Assembly (NCBI GenBank): GCA_965205975.1 | Contig: OZ242195.1 | Coordinates: 736,001-800,000, forward strand | Length of the DNA: 64,000 nt | Direction: 5' to 3' | Source of the DNA: Candidatus Latescibacterota bacterium | Lineage (GTDB): Bacteria > Latescibacterota > UBA2968 | Shown here: positions 9,476 through 19,453 of the stretch, in pieces | Numbering within the stretch: position 1 is the stretch's first letter | Layout: each line of letters starts with the position of its first letter | Notes under the pieces: generated by a model | What the model saw: the letters and a program-made list of their open reading frames with translations, nothing else | Databases searched by the model: none | Told to the model about the DNA's origin: nothing | Program-made: the position numbers and the translations under genes

Positions 9476-10909
9476 ATGGCCAATCAAAAACCATTGAATT
9501 TCATTTTTTTTCAACCAGACGAAATGCGAGCCGAAAGTTTGGCATGTTATGGCCATTCAGTGATCAAAACCCCAAATTACGATCGCCTGGCGGCAGAAGG
9601 GGTTCGCTTTGACCAATGCCATGTGCAAAACGCGCAATGTACGCCTTCCAGGGTTTCGATGATGACGGGGCTTTATCCCCATTGTGCCGGGCATCGCTCC
9701 ATGTGGCATTTGATCAGGCCCCACGAACCCCATCTTTTTAAGTATCTGTATGAAGCGGGCTACGATATTCACTGGTATGGCAAAAACGATTTACTCGCAC
9801 GGGATAGTTTGTCCTGCATAAAAGAATATTACGAACACAAAGACGATAAAAGGAAAAATCGCTGGAAAATCGGCGACAAGGAGTTCTATAGTTTTGATTT
9901 TGAGCCTTTGGATTGCGAGAGGGAAGAGGTCGCTGATTATATTAAAGTCAAAGCGGGGATCGATTTTCTGAACAATCGCAAAGATGATGACAATCCCTTC
10001 TTTTTGTTTTTGCCGCTTCTACAACCCCATCCAGGCTATACCACCCACCGCGATTTTTGTGACATGTATGATCCCAGAGATATACCGGACTTGAGACCCG
10101 CAGGGCTGGACAAAAAGCCGGACTTCTACGCGCTCATCAGAAAGTACCGCCGCTTAGATGAATTGTCGGGGGATTTCTTTCGAAAGTTGAATGCTGTTTA
10201 TCTCGGTATGATCAGCTATACGGACTGGCTTCTGGGGAAGTTGATGACTGTTATGGAGGAGAAGGGGCTTTTTGAAAATACGGTTCTGATCGTTTCTTCT
10301 GATCACGGTGACTGGGCAGGGGACTATGGTTTGGTGGAAAAATGGCCAAGTGATTATAGTGATGCGTTGACACGGGTGCCTCTATTGGTAAAAGCTCCCG
10401 GTAGCAAAACAGGTCATGTGGTGGAAGGTCCGGTTGAGATGTTCGATCTCATGCCATCTGTTATGGAACTGGCCGGTCTTTCTCCGAAACACACCCATTT
10501 CGCCAGGTCCTTTGTGCCTCAACTCCAGGGTGAAGCAGAAGATAAAGATCGATTGGTATTCGCAGAAGGGGGTTATGAAACACAAGAACTCCATGCGTTT
10601 GAAGGGCGATGGGACTGGAATAATCCCAACGAGGATGGTGTATATTTTCCCAAGGGCAAATTGCAACAAGAAGTGCGCGAAAGTGTTTGCCGTACGACGA
10701 TGATCAGGAGCTTAAATCACAAGCTCATTCGACGCACAGCCGGTCAGGATGAATTATACGATCTCAAAAATGATCCCCGGGAGTTGACAAATTTAATTGA
10801 TGACCCGGGTATGCGAGAGACAAAGTTAGATCTGGAAAGGTCTATGTTGGATTGGTTTATGAGAACTTCTGATACGGTTCCCGTAGGAGGGGATCCAAGG
10901 GGATTTTGA
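9476..10909 (+). CDS. Sulfatase (Cys-type, choline-sulfatase-like)
   Basis: CTPSR signature, TPNYDRLA, YGKND, SDHGD. Confidence 0.92.
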   Translation: MANQKPLNFIFFQPDEMRAESLACYGHSVIKTPNYDRLAAEGVRFDQCHVQNAQCTPSRVSMMTGLYPHCAGHRSMWHLIRPHEPHLFKYLYEAGYDIHWYGKNDLLARDSLSCIKEYYEHKDDKRKNRWKIGDKEFYSFDFEPLDCEREEVADYIKVKAGIDFLNNRKDDDNPFFLFLPLLQPHPGYTTHRDFCDMYDPRDIPDLRPAGLDKKPDFYALIRKYRRLDELSGDFFRKLNAVYLGMISYTDWLLGKLMTVMEEKGLFENTVLIVSSDHGDWAGDYGLVEKWPSDYSDALTRVPLLVKAPGSKTGHVVEGPVEMFDLMPSVMELAGLSPKHTHFARSFVPQLQGEAEDKDRLVFAEGGYETQELHAFEGRWDWNNPNEDGVYFPKGKLQQEVRESVCRTTMIRSLNHKLIRRTAGQDELYDLKNDPRELTNLIDDPGMRETKLDLERSMLDWFMRTSDTVPVGGDPRGF

Positions 10910-10913
10910 TGGA

Positions 10914-10969
10914 ACACGACACTGGAGGTGCACAGGTTATGAGACAATCATTGACAGATCGCGAGATCG
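10914..10969 (+). repeat. Direct repeat A2: orphan RBS plus start stub (MRQSLTDREI) of a PhyH homologue
   Basis: Homologous to 7905-7960; followed at once by the RBS and ATG of a different gene (10989). Confidence 0.9.
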
Positions 10970-10988
10970 GAAAAAGAAAGGAGCAACA

Positions 10989-11735
10989 ATGTCAATTGAG
11001 CAATTACAACAGTATGGCCTAACCGGCCCTTTTGAGTTGGCAGACAAATCCCTCGTCGATGCCGTATGTGAGGTCGGGATAGAACTACAAGCGCTACAAC
11101 GCCAGGAAAATATCGTGCGCCGGTTGGCAGGACAAGAACCCCAATTTAGAACGAAGATCGATAGACACATGGAATTCAAGGCGATGAGAGACCTCTGTCT
11201 CGATGACAATGTGAAGTCCGTGGTGTCCGAACATTTCGGCAATGATCTTTTTATCTGGGGTAGCGTCTTTCAATTGAAATCTGAAGGCGTGTCAGAAAAT
11301 ATATGGCACCACGATCGCGCATACGAAAATGGTCGCGATCAAGTCAATCTCTATGACACCACCAATCATTTCTCTATTCTATTTGCGTTGACCGACATTG
11401 GGTATGGTGCTGGCCGCATCGAATATGTGAAGGGATCTCATCAACCCATTGATGGGTGGAACAGAGATATGCGATTTGTAAAACAAGTGCCAGAACTCGT
11501 CCATGATAGGATCGGCACACTCACAATGGAAAGAGGCCAGTTCACGGTGTTTCATTCTCAAATTATGCATCGCAGCCTGCCTTTTGAGTATGGCGAGCCA
11601 AGAATCTCATTGGCCGTCAGACTCGCGAGGAAGGGCACACAAATCCCCGATTATTATCCACAAAATCCAAATCCGGCCGCAGAAACACAAGGGATCGCCC
11701 GTTTCAATCCGTCCGCGACATTTTCTTTTGACTAA
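10989..11735 (+). CDS. PhyH-family dioxygenase
   Basis: WHHD, EYVKGSH, FHSQIMHRS. Confidence 0.88.
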   Translation: MSIEQLQQYGLTGPFELADKSLVDAVCEVGIELQALQRQENIVRRLAGQEPQFRTKIDRHMEFKAMRDLCLDDNVKSVVSEHFGNDLFIWGSVFQLKSEGVSENIWHHDRAYENGRDQVNLYDTTNHFSILFALTDIGYGAGRIEYVKGSHQPIDGWNRDMRFVKQVPELVHDRIGTLTMERGQFTVFHSQIMHRSLPFEYGEPRISLAVRLARKGTQIPDYYPQNPNPAAETQGIARFNPSATFSFD

Positions 11736-11745
11736 GAGGCCAGTT

Positions 11746-12888
11746 ATGAAACACACAGGCTCAGACCATCCTGTCGAATTCACCCACGAGCAAAAACGAA
11801 CTTTCTATCGGGATGGATTCATTATTCTCAAAAACATCGTACCCAAAGAGCTGACCCACCGTGCCCGACGACTGGTCAATATCACCGCAGGTCAAATTGT
11901 GAATGGTACGATGGATGCGCCCAAAAGAAGAAACCGCTTTGTCGGCAGCGAAGACATCATTACAGATCTCATCAACAAAACGGCGCTAACCGAATTGCTC
12001 ACCAACACCATGGGGCCATTTGATCCTCCGACAAATGGCTTTGCGCCGATTCTGTATCCGCGCGAGCCAACCAGAGAAATCGGCATCCACGGCCTGCCGG
12101 ATGATGAAGTGCCCAATCATGCATTTTTCCCGCACCTGGACGGCCAGTGGACGGGACCCATTCCCAAAGCGGCGGACGAAGTAGATGATTGGTACGCGCC
12201 CAAAACACCGCACTTTGGTGATCGCAGCGCCAGCGTGATCGGGATAAATGGTTCGCCTTTGTTTCAGGACCCGGATTGCATGCTCTCCATCGGTAGCTTT
12301 ACCACATTCGTCGGCGTGATCCTGAGCGACCAATCCAAATTTGGCTACGGCAACTTTGCCGTCCTCCGCGGTGCCCATCATCACACAGCCGAATTCTTTC
12401 GCCGGCAACGCGCCCAGGGCGGCGTCATCGGCCCCGAAGGTCCTGATTGGCCACGTTTAAAACGCGTTGGCGATAAGGGTGTGGGCATTAATTACATGCC
12501 GGAATGGATCGCTAATCATTATCGAGACGGCGCGCAATACACACCCGATGGTCTCATGTGGCTGGAGCCTACACCCTTGCTCGTTGAAGAGGGCGATGCC
12601 TTTATTACGGCTCACGGTATCCCACATTGTGGCACCCGCAACGACATGGGTGCCGACCCTCGTATTAGTGCCTATTTTCGGCTGCGTCGCCATCGCCCGG
12701 GAGGGGCAAAAGTGCGAGGAGACAGCGATCACCCCGACCGCGGTTGGGAAGGCGAGTTTCTCGAATATCCCGATGGTTATAATCCCTGGCAGGTCGCAAT
12801 CGATAAATTGTGCGATCCCTGGAGTGAATGGGACGGTATGCAGGAAGTCGTTGCCGAGGCAAGGGGTTTGGGAGATCAAAATAACTAA
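11746..12888 (+). CDS. Large PhyH-like dioxygenase
   Basis: FYRDGFIIL, PHLDG, GNFAVLRGAH, AHGIPHCG; start placed at ATG 11746 after AAGAGG. Confidence 0.75.
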   Translation: MKHTGSDHPVEFTHEQKRTFYRDGFIILKNIVPKELTHRARRLVNITAGQIVNGTMDAPKRRNRFVGSEDIITDLINKTALTELLTNTMGPFDPPTNGFAPILYPREPTREIGIHGLPDDEVPNHAFFPHLDGQWTGPIPKAADEVDDWYAPKTPHFGDRSASVIGINGSPLFQDPDCMLSIGSFTTFVGVILSDQSKFGYGNFAVLRGAHHHTAEFFRRQRAQGGVIGPEGPDWPRLKRVGDKGVGINYMPEWIANHYRDGAQYTPDGLMWLEPTPLLVEEGDAFITAHGIPHCGTRNDMGADPRISAYFRLRRHRPGGAKVRGDSDHPDRGWEGEFLEYPDGYNPWQVAIDKLCDPWSEWDGMQEVVAEARGLGDQNN

Positions 12889-12910
12889 CTGTGCGACAAA
12901 GGAGTGCCAC

Positions 12911-13736
12911 ATGCCCCCAACTCAGAAATTTGAAGAACGCGTCGTTCGCGTGGAGAAACCTTCCGCTCACTTCACGCTGTTGAGAAACGAAAAGGGTGAT
13001 TTCCTGGGCGTATCAGAAGGCAAAATAGCCGTCTTTGACCACGCCGATGACAAAGCGATCTGGAAAGAAGAAGGCGACGCCTATCGCCACGTGGTGTCGG
13101 GAAATTCGGCTGGCGCACAGGCCCGGTTTCGCCGTCGTGGCTCCGGATGACGGTGAACGCCAAGTGGGGGGGTGGCATTCGGATTATCCATACCTCTGGG
13201 GGATCGCCAGGAATTCTTCTGATGGCAATCGGATTGTACCGCACAATGCGCTGAATCTCGTGCTTGGCGTTCAGCGAAATTTGTGTGTGACTGAATTTAA
13301 GAGTGAAAATGGCGCGACCTGTTTCAAACTCGGATCGCATACGCTTGGGCAAGGCCCTCCTCCAGAATGGGGGAGTGGGAATACGTACAGGGAGGAGGGA
13401 TCTCGCGAGGCAAGGGGCCTCCCCTATACAGGCTCCGAAGCAGATGTCGTCGAGGCGCCGGCGGGCAGCTACGTCATCTATGATGCCCGAACCTGGCATC
13501 GAGCAGGTGTGAACCGCACGGACAAAAAGCGGGCGGCGATGCTTCAGTCCGTCGTTCCTATGTACATCATGCCTTTTATGGAGACCGCTCGTCCCTACAA
13601 GGAGTTCCTTTCAAGCCCTCTGGCGAGTCAACTTAAGGAGCGGGAGCATATCGAGTTGGAATCCCTCCTGGTAAGCCGAATTGATGGGCCTCAAGGGCGT
13701 ATTGCGATCACTATGGATGAGGAGCTTTCCAGATGA
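12911..13736 (+). pseudogene. Internally deleted, frameshifted PhyH-domain gene
   Basis: N-terminal frame MPPTQKFEE... (AAGGAG RBS) stops at 13150; another frame from about 13100 carries WHSD, NGATCFKLGSH and TWHRAG. Confidence 0.75.
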
Positions 13737-14497
13737 ACGAATACAAGACGCACTTTGATACCCCAGAAGATGCCTACTTCGGCTTTTTTGAAGCCGATGC
13801 CTCCCAAAATGGAGATGCCTGGGCTGCCGTGATGAGCTATCCCCATGTCCGCGTTGACGCATCGGGGCGGACCGCCTACTACGATACGGCACGGGATTAC
13901 GCGGATAATGCCGACTGGACGTCAAGGGTAGCGACGGGTTGGGTCCTGACGAGGGGGCGAGAACCCGTCCGGCTGCACCAATCTCCCAACAAGGTCCACC
14001 TGGTAGGCGGGTGGACGCGATACAATGCAGACGACGATCCCATCCTGTGGAACCGCGTCACTTATATTGTCACCAAACCCGCTGATTCGTGGGGGATCCA
14101 GGCGCGGTTTGCTCTTGGTACTTATTACGACGGGCGTGACGACGAAACAGCTATCGTCCAGGCTACCGAAGCGGCAATTGGTCAGGTGCGACGCTATTGC
14201 GATGCACTGGACAAAAACGATGGCGATGCTTGCGCCAACCTCTGTCGTTTTCCGCTGATTGAGGTCGGCGTTGGTGCGGTGACACGGATCGAAGATGGCG
14301 CCAAACTGGCGCAACAGGTCAACGAAAGAACCACATCGGTCAGCAATATCGAAGTCGAGGCAGCACAATCCGGTCCCAGGGGCGTCCTTGTGGCAGTGAC
14401 TGCTGACGATGCCTCTGGCAACAGCGAGGAATCCATCGTGGTGGTCAGCAGATCGGCTGACGCATGGCAGATCGCTGGCATTTCGAGAATGCTGTAA
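13733..14497 (+). CDS. Hypothetical protein with two SnoaL/NTF2-like halves
   Basis: Two similar helix-plus-strand modules (AWAAVMSYPHV and ACANLCRFPLI); ATGA overlap with the upstream ORF. Confidence 0.6.
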   Translation: MNEYKTHFDTPEDAYFGFFEADASQNGDAWAAVMSYPHVRVDASGRTAYYDTARDYADNADWTSRVATGWVLTRGREPVRLHQSPNKVHLVGGWTRYNADDDPILWNRVTYIVTKPADSWGIQARFALGTYYDGRDDETAIVQATEAAIGQVRRYCDALDKNDGDACANLCRFPLIEVGVGAVTRIEDGAKLAQQVNERTTSVSNIEVEAAQSGPRGVLVAVTADDASGNSEESIVVVSRSADAWQIAGISRML

Positions 14498-14521
14498 AGC
14501 CCTGACACAAGGAGGAATATC

Positions 14522-15676
14522 TTGAAGATTACATCGGTAAAAGCAGTTCCCGCATCATCTTCACCGCAAGGCCGCCCGCCACGCAACTACATGTTTGTGA
14601 AGATTGAAACCGATGAAGGCATCACAGGCTGGGGGGAGGCGACCGCCGGTCCGCTTAGCGTTGCAACCCAGATCGACGAGGTCGGTCAGGTGTTGGTGGG
14701 CGAAGACCCCTGGCAGATCGAGAAACACTGGCAGACACTCTACCATCACTTTTTTGTGCGGGGCGGTGTCGTGCAGATGTCGGCCATAAGTGGCATAGAA
14801 ATCGCTTTGTGGGACATCAAAGGCCAAGCCGTGGGACTGCCCATATACGAAATGCTGGGTGGAAAGATGAGAGATCGGATCTGGTGCTATGGCAGGTGGG
14901 ATGGGCCTACACCTGAAGGGGCTGCTGAAACTGCGATGAATAACGTATCAAATGGATTGACGGCGCTCAAGGGGGATCCGTTTGACCATTGCGGGCTGTT
15001 TATTCCGGCAGAAGCCGAACGCGTCGCCATCAAGAAACTGGAAGCTGTTCGCAAAGCAGTGGGCGACGACGTTGAGTTGCTCGTGGAGGTACATGGACGG
15101 CTTGCGCCCGCGGACGCCATCCGCATCGGCAATGCGATGGCCGACTGTCGGCCTTTTGTGTACGAAGAACCCGTGCCACCAACAAACCTCGACGCGATGC
15201 AACGGGTTGCCGAGGCCGTAAGCATCCCACTGGCGACAGGTGAACGGCTTTACACCAAGTGGGAATTTACCGACTTGCTGAGCCGCCAAATTGTGAAGAT
15301 GATTCAACCCGATATTGTTCAGGGGGGCGGCATATTGGAGTTGAAGAAGATTGCGGCGATGGCGGAAGCCCATTATGTCGGTTTTCAACCACACAATCCC
15401 TACGGCCCACTTTGCACGATCGCGTCTTTGCATCTCGACGCCTGTACCCCAAATTTTATGATTCAGGAAGGCGGTATCAGCCCGTGGTTTCAGGACGCTT
15501 GCACGGGCGACTTCCCGGTTCAGAAGGATGGCTTTCTGCCAATTCCGCCGGGGCCCGGGCTGGGCGTGGCCATGAACGAAGCGTGGCTCAAGGCAAACCC
15601 CTGGTGTGACGACGCAAATATTTGGCGGCCCCGTCCTGGCACGGTCGCATCATTGCAAGATACAAAATGGGTCTAA
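14522..15676 (+). CDS. Mandelate racemase-subgroup enolase (galactonate dehydratase-like)
   Basis: GWGE, ALWDIKG, KGD, EVHGR, EEP, GER, QPD, PHNP; TTG start with GGAGG RBS. Confidence 0.9.
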   Translation: MKITSVKAVPASSSPQGRPPRNYMFVKIETDEGITGWGEATAGPLSVATQIDEVGQVLVGEDPWQIEKHWQTLYHHFFVRGGVVQMSAISGIEIALWDIKGQAVGLPIYEMLGGKMRDRIWCYGRWDGPTPEGAAETAMNNVSNGLTALKGDPFDHCGLFIPAEAERVAIKKLEAVRKAVGDDVELLVEVHGRLAPADAIRIGNAMADCRPFVYEEPVPPTNLDAMQRVAEAVSIPLATGERLYTKWEFTDLLSRQIVKMIQPDIVQGGGILELKKIAAMAEAHYVGFQPHNPYGPLCTIASLHLDACTPNFMIQEGGISPWFQDACTGDFPVQKDGFLPIPPGPGLGVAMNEAWLKANPWCDDANIWRPRPGTVASLQDTKWV

Positions 15677-15706
15677 TCATCAGCACCGAGTATAGGAGAG
15701 ACGTCT

Positions 15707-17113
15707 ATGCCACAACCGGCTCAACAGCCCAACATCCTGTTTGTGTTTTCCGACCAGCAGCGTGCATCGGCAATGGGGTGCTACTACGGCGATGAAGATC
15801 TGGAGACACCGCACTTCGACGCATTCGCCAGGCAGGGAATGAAATTGGAAAGTGCCGTGTCAACGACCCCGCTTTGTTGCCCCTACAGGGCCATATTGAT
15901 GACGGGATTACACGGCCATCGCATGGGGATAACGACCAACGGGTATCATCCGGATCTAAGTGAATATGCCCACATCGGCAAGGCTTTCAAAAACGCAGGG
16001 TACCGCTGTGGTTATATCGGCAAATGGCATTTAGGAGATGTACAACTCGATTCGGGTCATCCGATGCGTCTGGGATTCGACGAAGAATGGTTTGTACCTC
16101 TGGTATCGAGTCACGCGAGTCCCAATCGAAACTATGCGGTGAACAGCACTGAGACTGTGGTTGGAGAAGGGTTCGACAAGCCGCAGATCGAGGCCAACAG
16201 GGCCATTGAGTTCATTCGAGGACAGGGCGGTGGGGCGCCCTGGTGCCTGTTTCTTTCATGGTATCCCCCTCATCCCCCACTGGTATCTCCAGAGGTATAT
16301 CTCGAAAAATATCGGGGACGGGACCTGAAGTTTCATCCCAATGTGAAGACCGTAGATGCAGAGGCGTTCAATCGTTTTCAGGACCATTATGCGCATTATT
16401 ACGGTCTCGTAACGGGCCTGGATACTGAGTGGGAACGCTTGATGCAGGCCCTGGAAGACAGTGGTCAGGCGGAAAACACCATTGTGGTGTACACCTCGGA
16501 TCACGGTGAAATGCTAAACAGCCAGGGCTGGCGAGGCAAACGATGGCCTCATCGCGAATCCACCCAGGTTCCTTTTTTGATTCGATGGCCAGGCAAGATT
16601 GAAGCCAACGCCACACTGGACATGCCGTTTGGCACGCCAGACATTTTTCCCACGCTATGTGGACTCGCAGGGATCAATGTGCCATCAAGGTTGGACGGGG
16701 CCGATCTGTCCGGCGTCATCCTCGGCAGCGATTCCAATGGGCACCAGCAAGAGTACGCCTATATGGCGATGCATCACAGCTTCATTCCGTGGCCCGGCTG
16801 GCGCGGGATTCGCACAGCGAAGTACAATTACGCGCGAATGGAGGAAGGACCATGGGTGTGTTTCGATCTTGAAAACGATCCCTATGAACAGAACAACCTG
16901 GTCGAAGAGAATGGCGCGGTCGTGTCGGAACTGGATGGGCTTCTTGTAGATGCGATGAAAAAAACGGGCGATTCCTGGCGCGATGTCGGCAGGGAAGTAG
17001 GCGATTGGCAGGCGTGGCACGGCAATAAACAGATTGAGCAACTCGGATTGGATGCTGAATACCCGGGTTCCGAGGCCATTCGAATCTGGGCAGAACGGAA
17101 CAATCTTGTGTAG
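15707..17113 (+). CDS. Sulfatase
   Basis: PNILFVFSDQ, CCPYR, GKWHL, SDHGE. Confidence 0.92.
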   Translation: MPQPAQQPNILFVFSDQQRASAMGCYYGDEDLETPHFDAFARQGMKLESAVSTTPLCCPYRAILMTGLHGHRMGITTNGYHPDLSEYAHIGKAFKNAGYRCGYIGKWHLGDVQLDSGHPMRLGFDEEWFVPLVSSHASPNRNYAVNSTETVVGEGFDKPQIEANRAIEFIRGQGGGAPWCLFLSWYPPHPPLVSPEVYLEKYRGRDLKFHPNVKTVDAEAFNRFQDHYAHYYGLVTGLDTEWERLMQALEDSGQAENTIVVYTSDHGEMLNSQGWRGKRWPHRESTQVPFLIRWPGKIEANATLDMPFGTPDIFPTLCGLAGINVPSRLDGADLSGVILGSDSNGHQQEYAYMAMHHSFIPWPGWRGIRTAKYNYARMEEGPWVCFDLENDPYEQNNLVEENGAVVSELDGLLVDAMKKTGDSWRDVGREVGDWQAWHGNKQIEQLGLDAEYPGSEAIRIWAERNNLV

Positions 17114-17209
17114 CGAGCGGCGACTATCGAGTACGAGCCCGGTCGTCTCTTCGTCATTTACTGGGGACATGAGCCTGGCGAGGTGAGTTGTATCCAGGGG
17201 ACCTATTAG
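17114..17209 (+). pseudogene. Orphan C-terminal remnant, sialidase/BNR-propeller-like
   Basis: Reads RAATIEYEPGRLFVIYWGHEPGEVSCIQGTY* with no start codon of its own. Confidence 0.5.
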
Positions 17210-17230
17210 TCTAACATAAAAGGAATTGAA

Positions 17231-18478
17231 ATGAATCGCTCTGTTCTGGACTGGCCAACAGGTGTTACCGTCTATCACCCCGACCGATGTTATAATGGGT
17301 ACACGCTCGTTCACGGGCGAGGACCCTGGGATCCCGTGCGTGGTATCTCGGCTGAACAGGTCGATCGATGGCACTTGATAGACATGAAGGGTCAGGTGGT
17401 TCACGAGTTCTACGGAAACCCGGCGACGCAGCGCGGCTCTCAGCTATTTGAACGCGTTGCAAACGGCCACTATATCAGCAATGGGGCCTCCATCACCGAA
17501 CAGGACTGGGATGGAAATATTGTCTGGTCTCTGTCCTCAGACTTCCGCAAGGATGCGCGCCCAACGGGTTTCCATCACGACATCCAGAAGACTTCTGAAC
17601 ACACCTATCTCGCTATGGTCGCGGATCGCATCGATGCCCCTCAGGTATCGCGCGTCACACTCAAAGACGATCACATCATGGAAATAACTTCGGAGGGCGA
17701 GATCGTCTGGGAATGGTGGGGGCATCACCACTTGGAAGAATTCGGGTTCAGCGATCGTGCGAGGCAGATCATATTTGAAACTGGCGGGGGGCAACAGCCC
17801 GGACAGGAAGGGGACTGGCTCCATCTGAACACGCTTCACACACTTCCCGACAATCCCCTATATGATCAGGGCGGCACGAGATTCAAGCCGGGAAATATTC
17901 TCAGCTGTTCCAGAAATGGAAATCAGATATTCATTATCGAGAAATCGACTGGAAGCATCGTCTGGAAGTGGGGCTATTTGGATCAGATGGAAACCATGTG
18001 GTTGAACGGGACCGAAAGACAGAATCAATACCTGGTAGGCCCACACGATCCCAAAATGTTGCACAACGGAAATATCCTGATCTACGACAATGGAGGCGGT
18101 ACGGGTTATCCTCCGATTAATCGTTTCTACACCCGGCTTGTAGAAATCAATCCCGTGAGTGGAGAAGTCGTATGGGAATATGCTGCGGGGCCTCAGGCCA
18201 GCAAATTCCTGAGCATTGTTACCGGCGGTGTACAGCGTCTCCCAAATGGGAATACGCTGAGTCTGGACACGGACAAGGGACGGATCTTCGAAGTGACCTG
18301 GGAAGGTGAAATCGTGTGGGAGTACATCAACCCGAGAGGCGGATTCTACAGAACCCAGCGCATTGCCTACCTCGATTGCCCTCTGGATCCTCCTGACCTG
18401 GAGCCAGCAGATCTCCCGGTTCCCGATCACCTCGGCCTGCCGGTGTCAGATACCCTGGATTACTGCCCATCTCTCTAA
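17231..18478 (+). CDS. Arylsulfotransferase (ASST)-like beta-propeller protein
   Basis: GYTL, FHHD, DWLHLN, GPHDP, YDNG, QRLPNGNTL, GEIVWEYINP. Confidence 0.82.
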   Translation: MNRSVLDWPTGVTVYHPDRCYNGYTLVHGRGPWDPVRGISAEQVDRWHLIDMKGQVVHEFYGNPATQRGSQLFERVANGHYISNGASITEQDWDGNIVWSLSSDFRKDARPTGFHHDIQKTSEHTYLAMVADRIDAPQVSRVTLKDDHIMEITSEGEIVWEWWGHHHLEEFGFSDRARQIIFETGGGQQPGQEGDWLHLNTLHTLPDNPLYDQGGTRFKPGNILSCSRNGNQIFIIEKSTGSIVWKWGYLDQMETMWLNGTERQNQYLVGPHDPKMLHNGNILIYDNGGGTGYPPINRFYTRLVEINPVSGEVVWEYAAGPQASKFLSIVTGGVQRLPNGNTLSLDTDKGRIFEVTWEGEIVWEYINPRGGFYRTQRIAYLDCPLDPPDLEPADLPVPDHLGLPVSDTLDYCPSL

Positions 18479-18513
18479 AATTCGATGTCACCCTTCATTC
18501 TGACTACAGGATT

Positions 18514-19446
18514 ATGCTCATGTCCGATTACACATTTAAACTTGCCATGTTTACGACCGAACTGAGACTGCCCTATGACCGGGCATTTCCCAAAGCGAAA
18601 GAGATCGGCGCGGATCGCATCTGGTACGCGCCTTCGGCGGGCGATCTTCCGTTCGAAGCCATGACCGACGCGGATATAGACCGCATCGGCGCATGTGCGG
18701 AGCAGCATCAAACGGATATTTTCCTGCTCTGCGGAGGCCGTAAGTTTAAAACCGTGCATCTCAGCGATCTGGATCTGGACGATATGGCCGAACACCCCGA
18801 ATTCCGGGAAGCCCGAGAGGAATTGAACGCCGCCATGAAGATGGCCGCCCGGCTCAAAATTCCGGCAGTGGCCACATTTACATTTGCCTGGCCGGGTGAA
18901 TATACCGCCGGTAAGCCGACCTGGCCCATGCGATGGATGACCCGCGGCGGCGTCATTTCTGATCTGGACATGGACAAACTGGTCCGGGCGTTTACGCTGC
19001 TGGCCGAAGACGCTGACCGCTACAATGTGGATCTGCCGCTGTGCATGATGCCGTGGAATTACACGAATACCACGGAACACATGCGGCAGGTGATCGAGGC
19101 GGTCGGTTCACCTCGCCTGAAAACGGTCTGGGGGCCGGCGGATACCATGAATTGCGGCGAATCGGACACCGCCACCCGCGGATTTCAGAATGTCCGTCCG
19201 TATCTTCATACGCTCCACATAAAAGATCTGCAAGTCATAGACGGTCTGAAATGCGAGTTTGAATACTGTCCCATCGGCGAAGGGGACGTGGATTTTCCGA
19301 CGGTACTGCGGAACCTGCGCGATCATCAGATCGACGCGGTGATATCCATCGCCACCCACTTCAAGCCGGAAAGCGGATCGGCGGAAGAAGCGATGCGTAT
19401 CAACTTTGCCAATATGAAGGCGTTGATCGGTGGGGTAGGGGACTGA
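18514..19446 (+). CDS. Sugar-phosphate isomerase/epimerase (AP-endonuclease-2 TIM barrel) with atypical ligand positions
   Basis: LHIKD and PIGEGDVDF motifs. Confidence 0.75.
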   Translation: MLMSDYTFKLAMFTTELRLPYDRAFPKAKEIGADRIWYAPSAGDLPFEAMTDADIDRIGACAEQHQTDIFLLCGGRKFKTVHLSDLDLDDMAEHPEFREAREELNAAMKMAARLKIPAVATFTFAWPGEYTAGKPTWPMRWMTRGGVISDLDMDKLVRAFTLLAEDADRYNVDLPLCMMPWNYTNTTEHMRQVIEAVGSPRLKTVWGPADTMNCGESDTATRGFQNVRPYLHTLHIKDLQVIDGLKCEFEYCPIGEGDVDFPTVLRNLRDHQIDAVISIATHFKPESGSAEEAMRINFANMKALIGGVGD

Positions 19447-19453
19447 TTTTCGA

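Noticed and set aside
17111..17113. Pyrrolysine or amber readthrough
   Set aside because: The sulfatase looks complete before the TAG and no pyl genes are in the window; a remnant explains it more simply.
16685..17404. Long antisense and alternate-frame ORFs (also 22449-23213, 27912-28589, 37822-38523)
   Set aside because: They overlap well-supported genes, lack motifs, and are expected shadows in GC-rich coding DNA.
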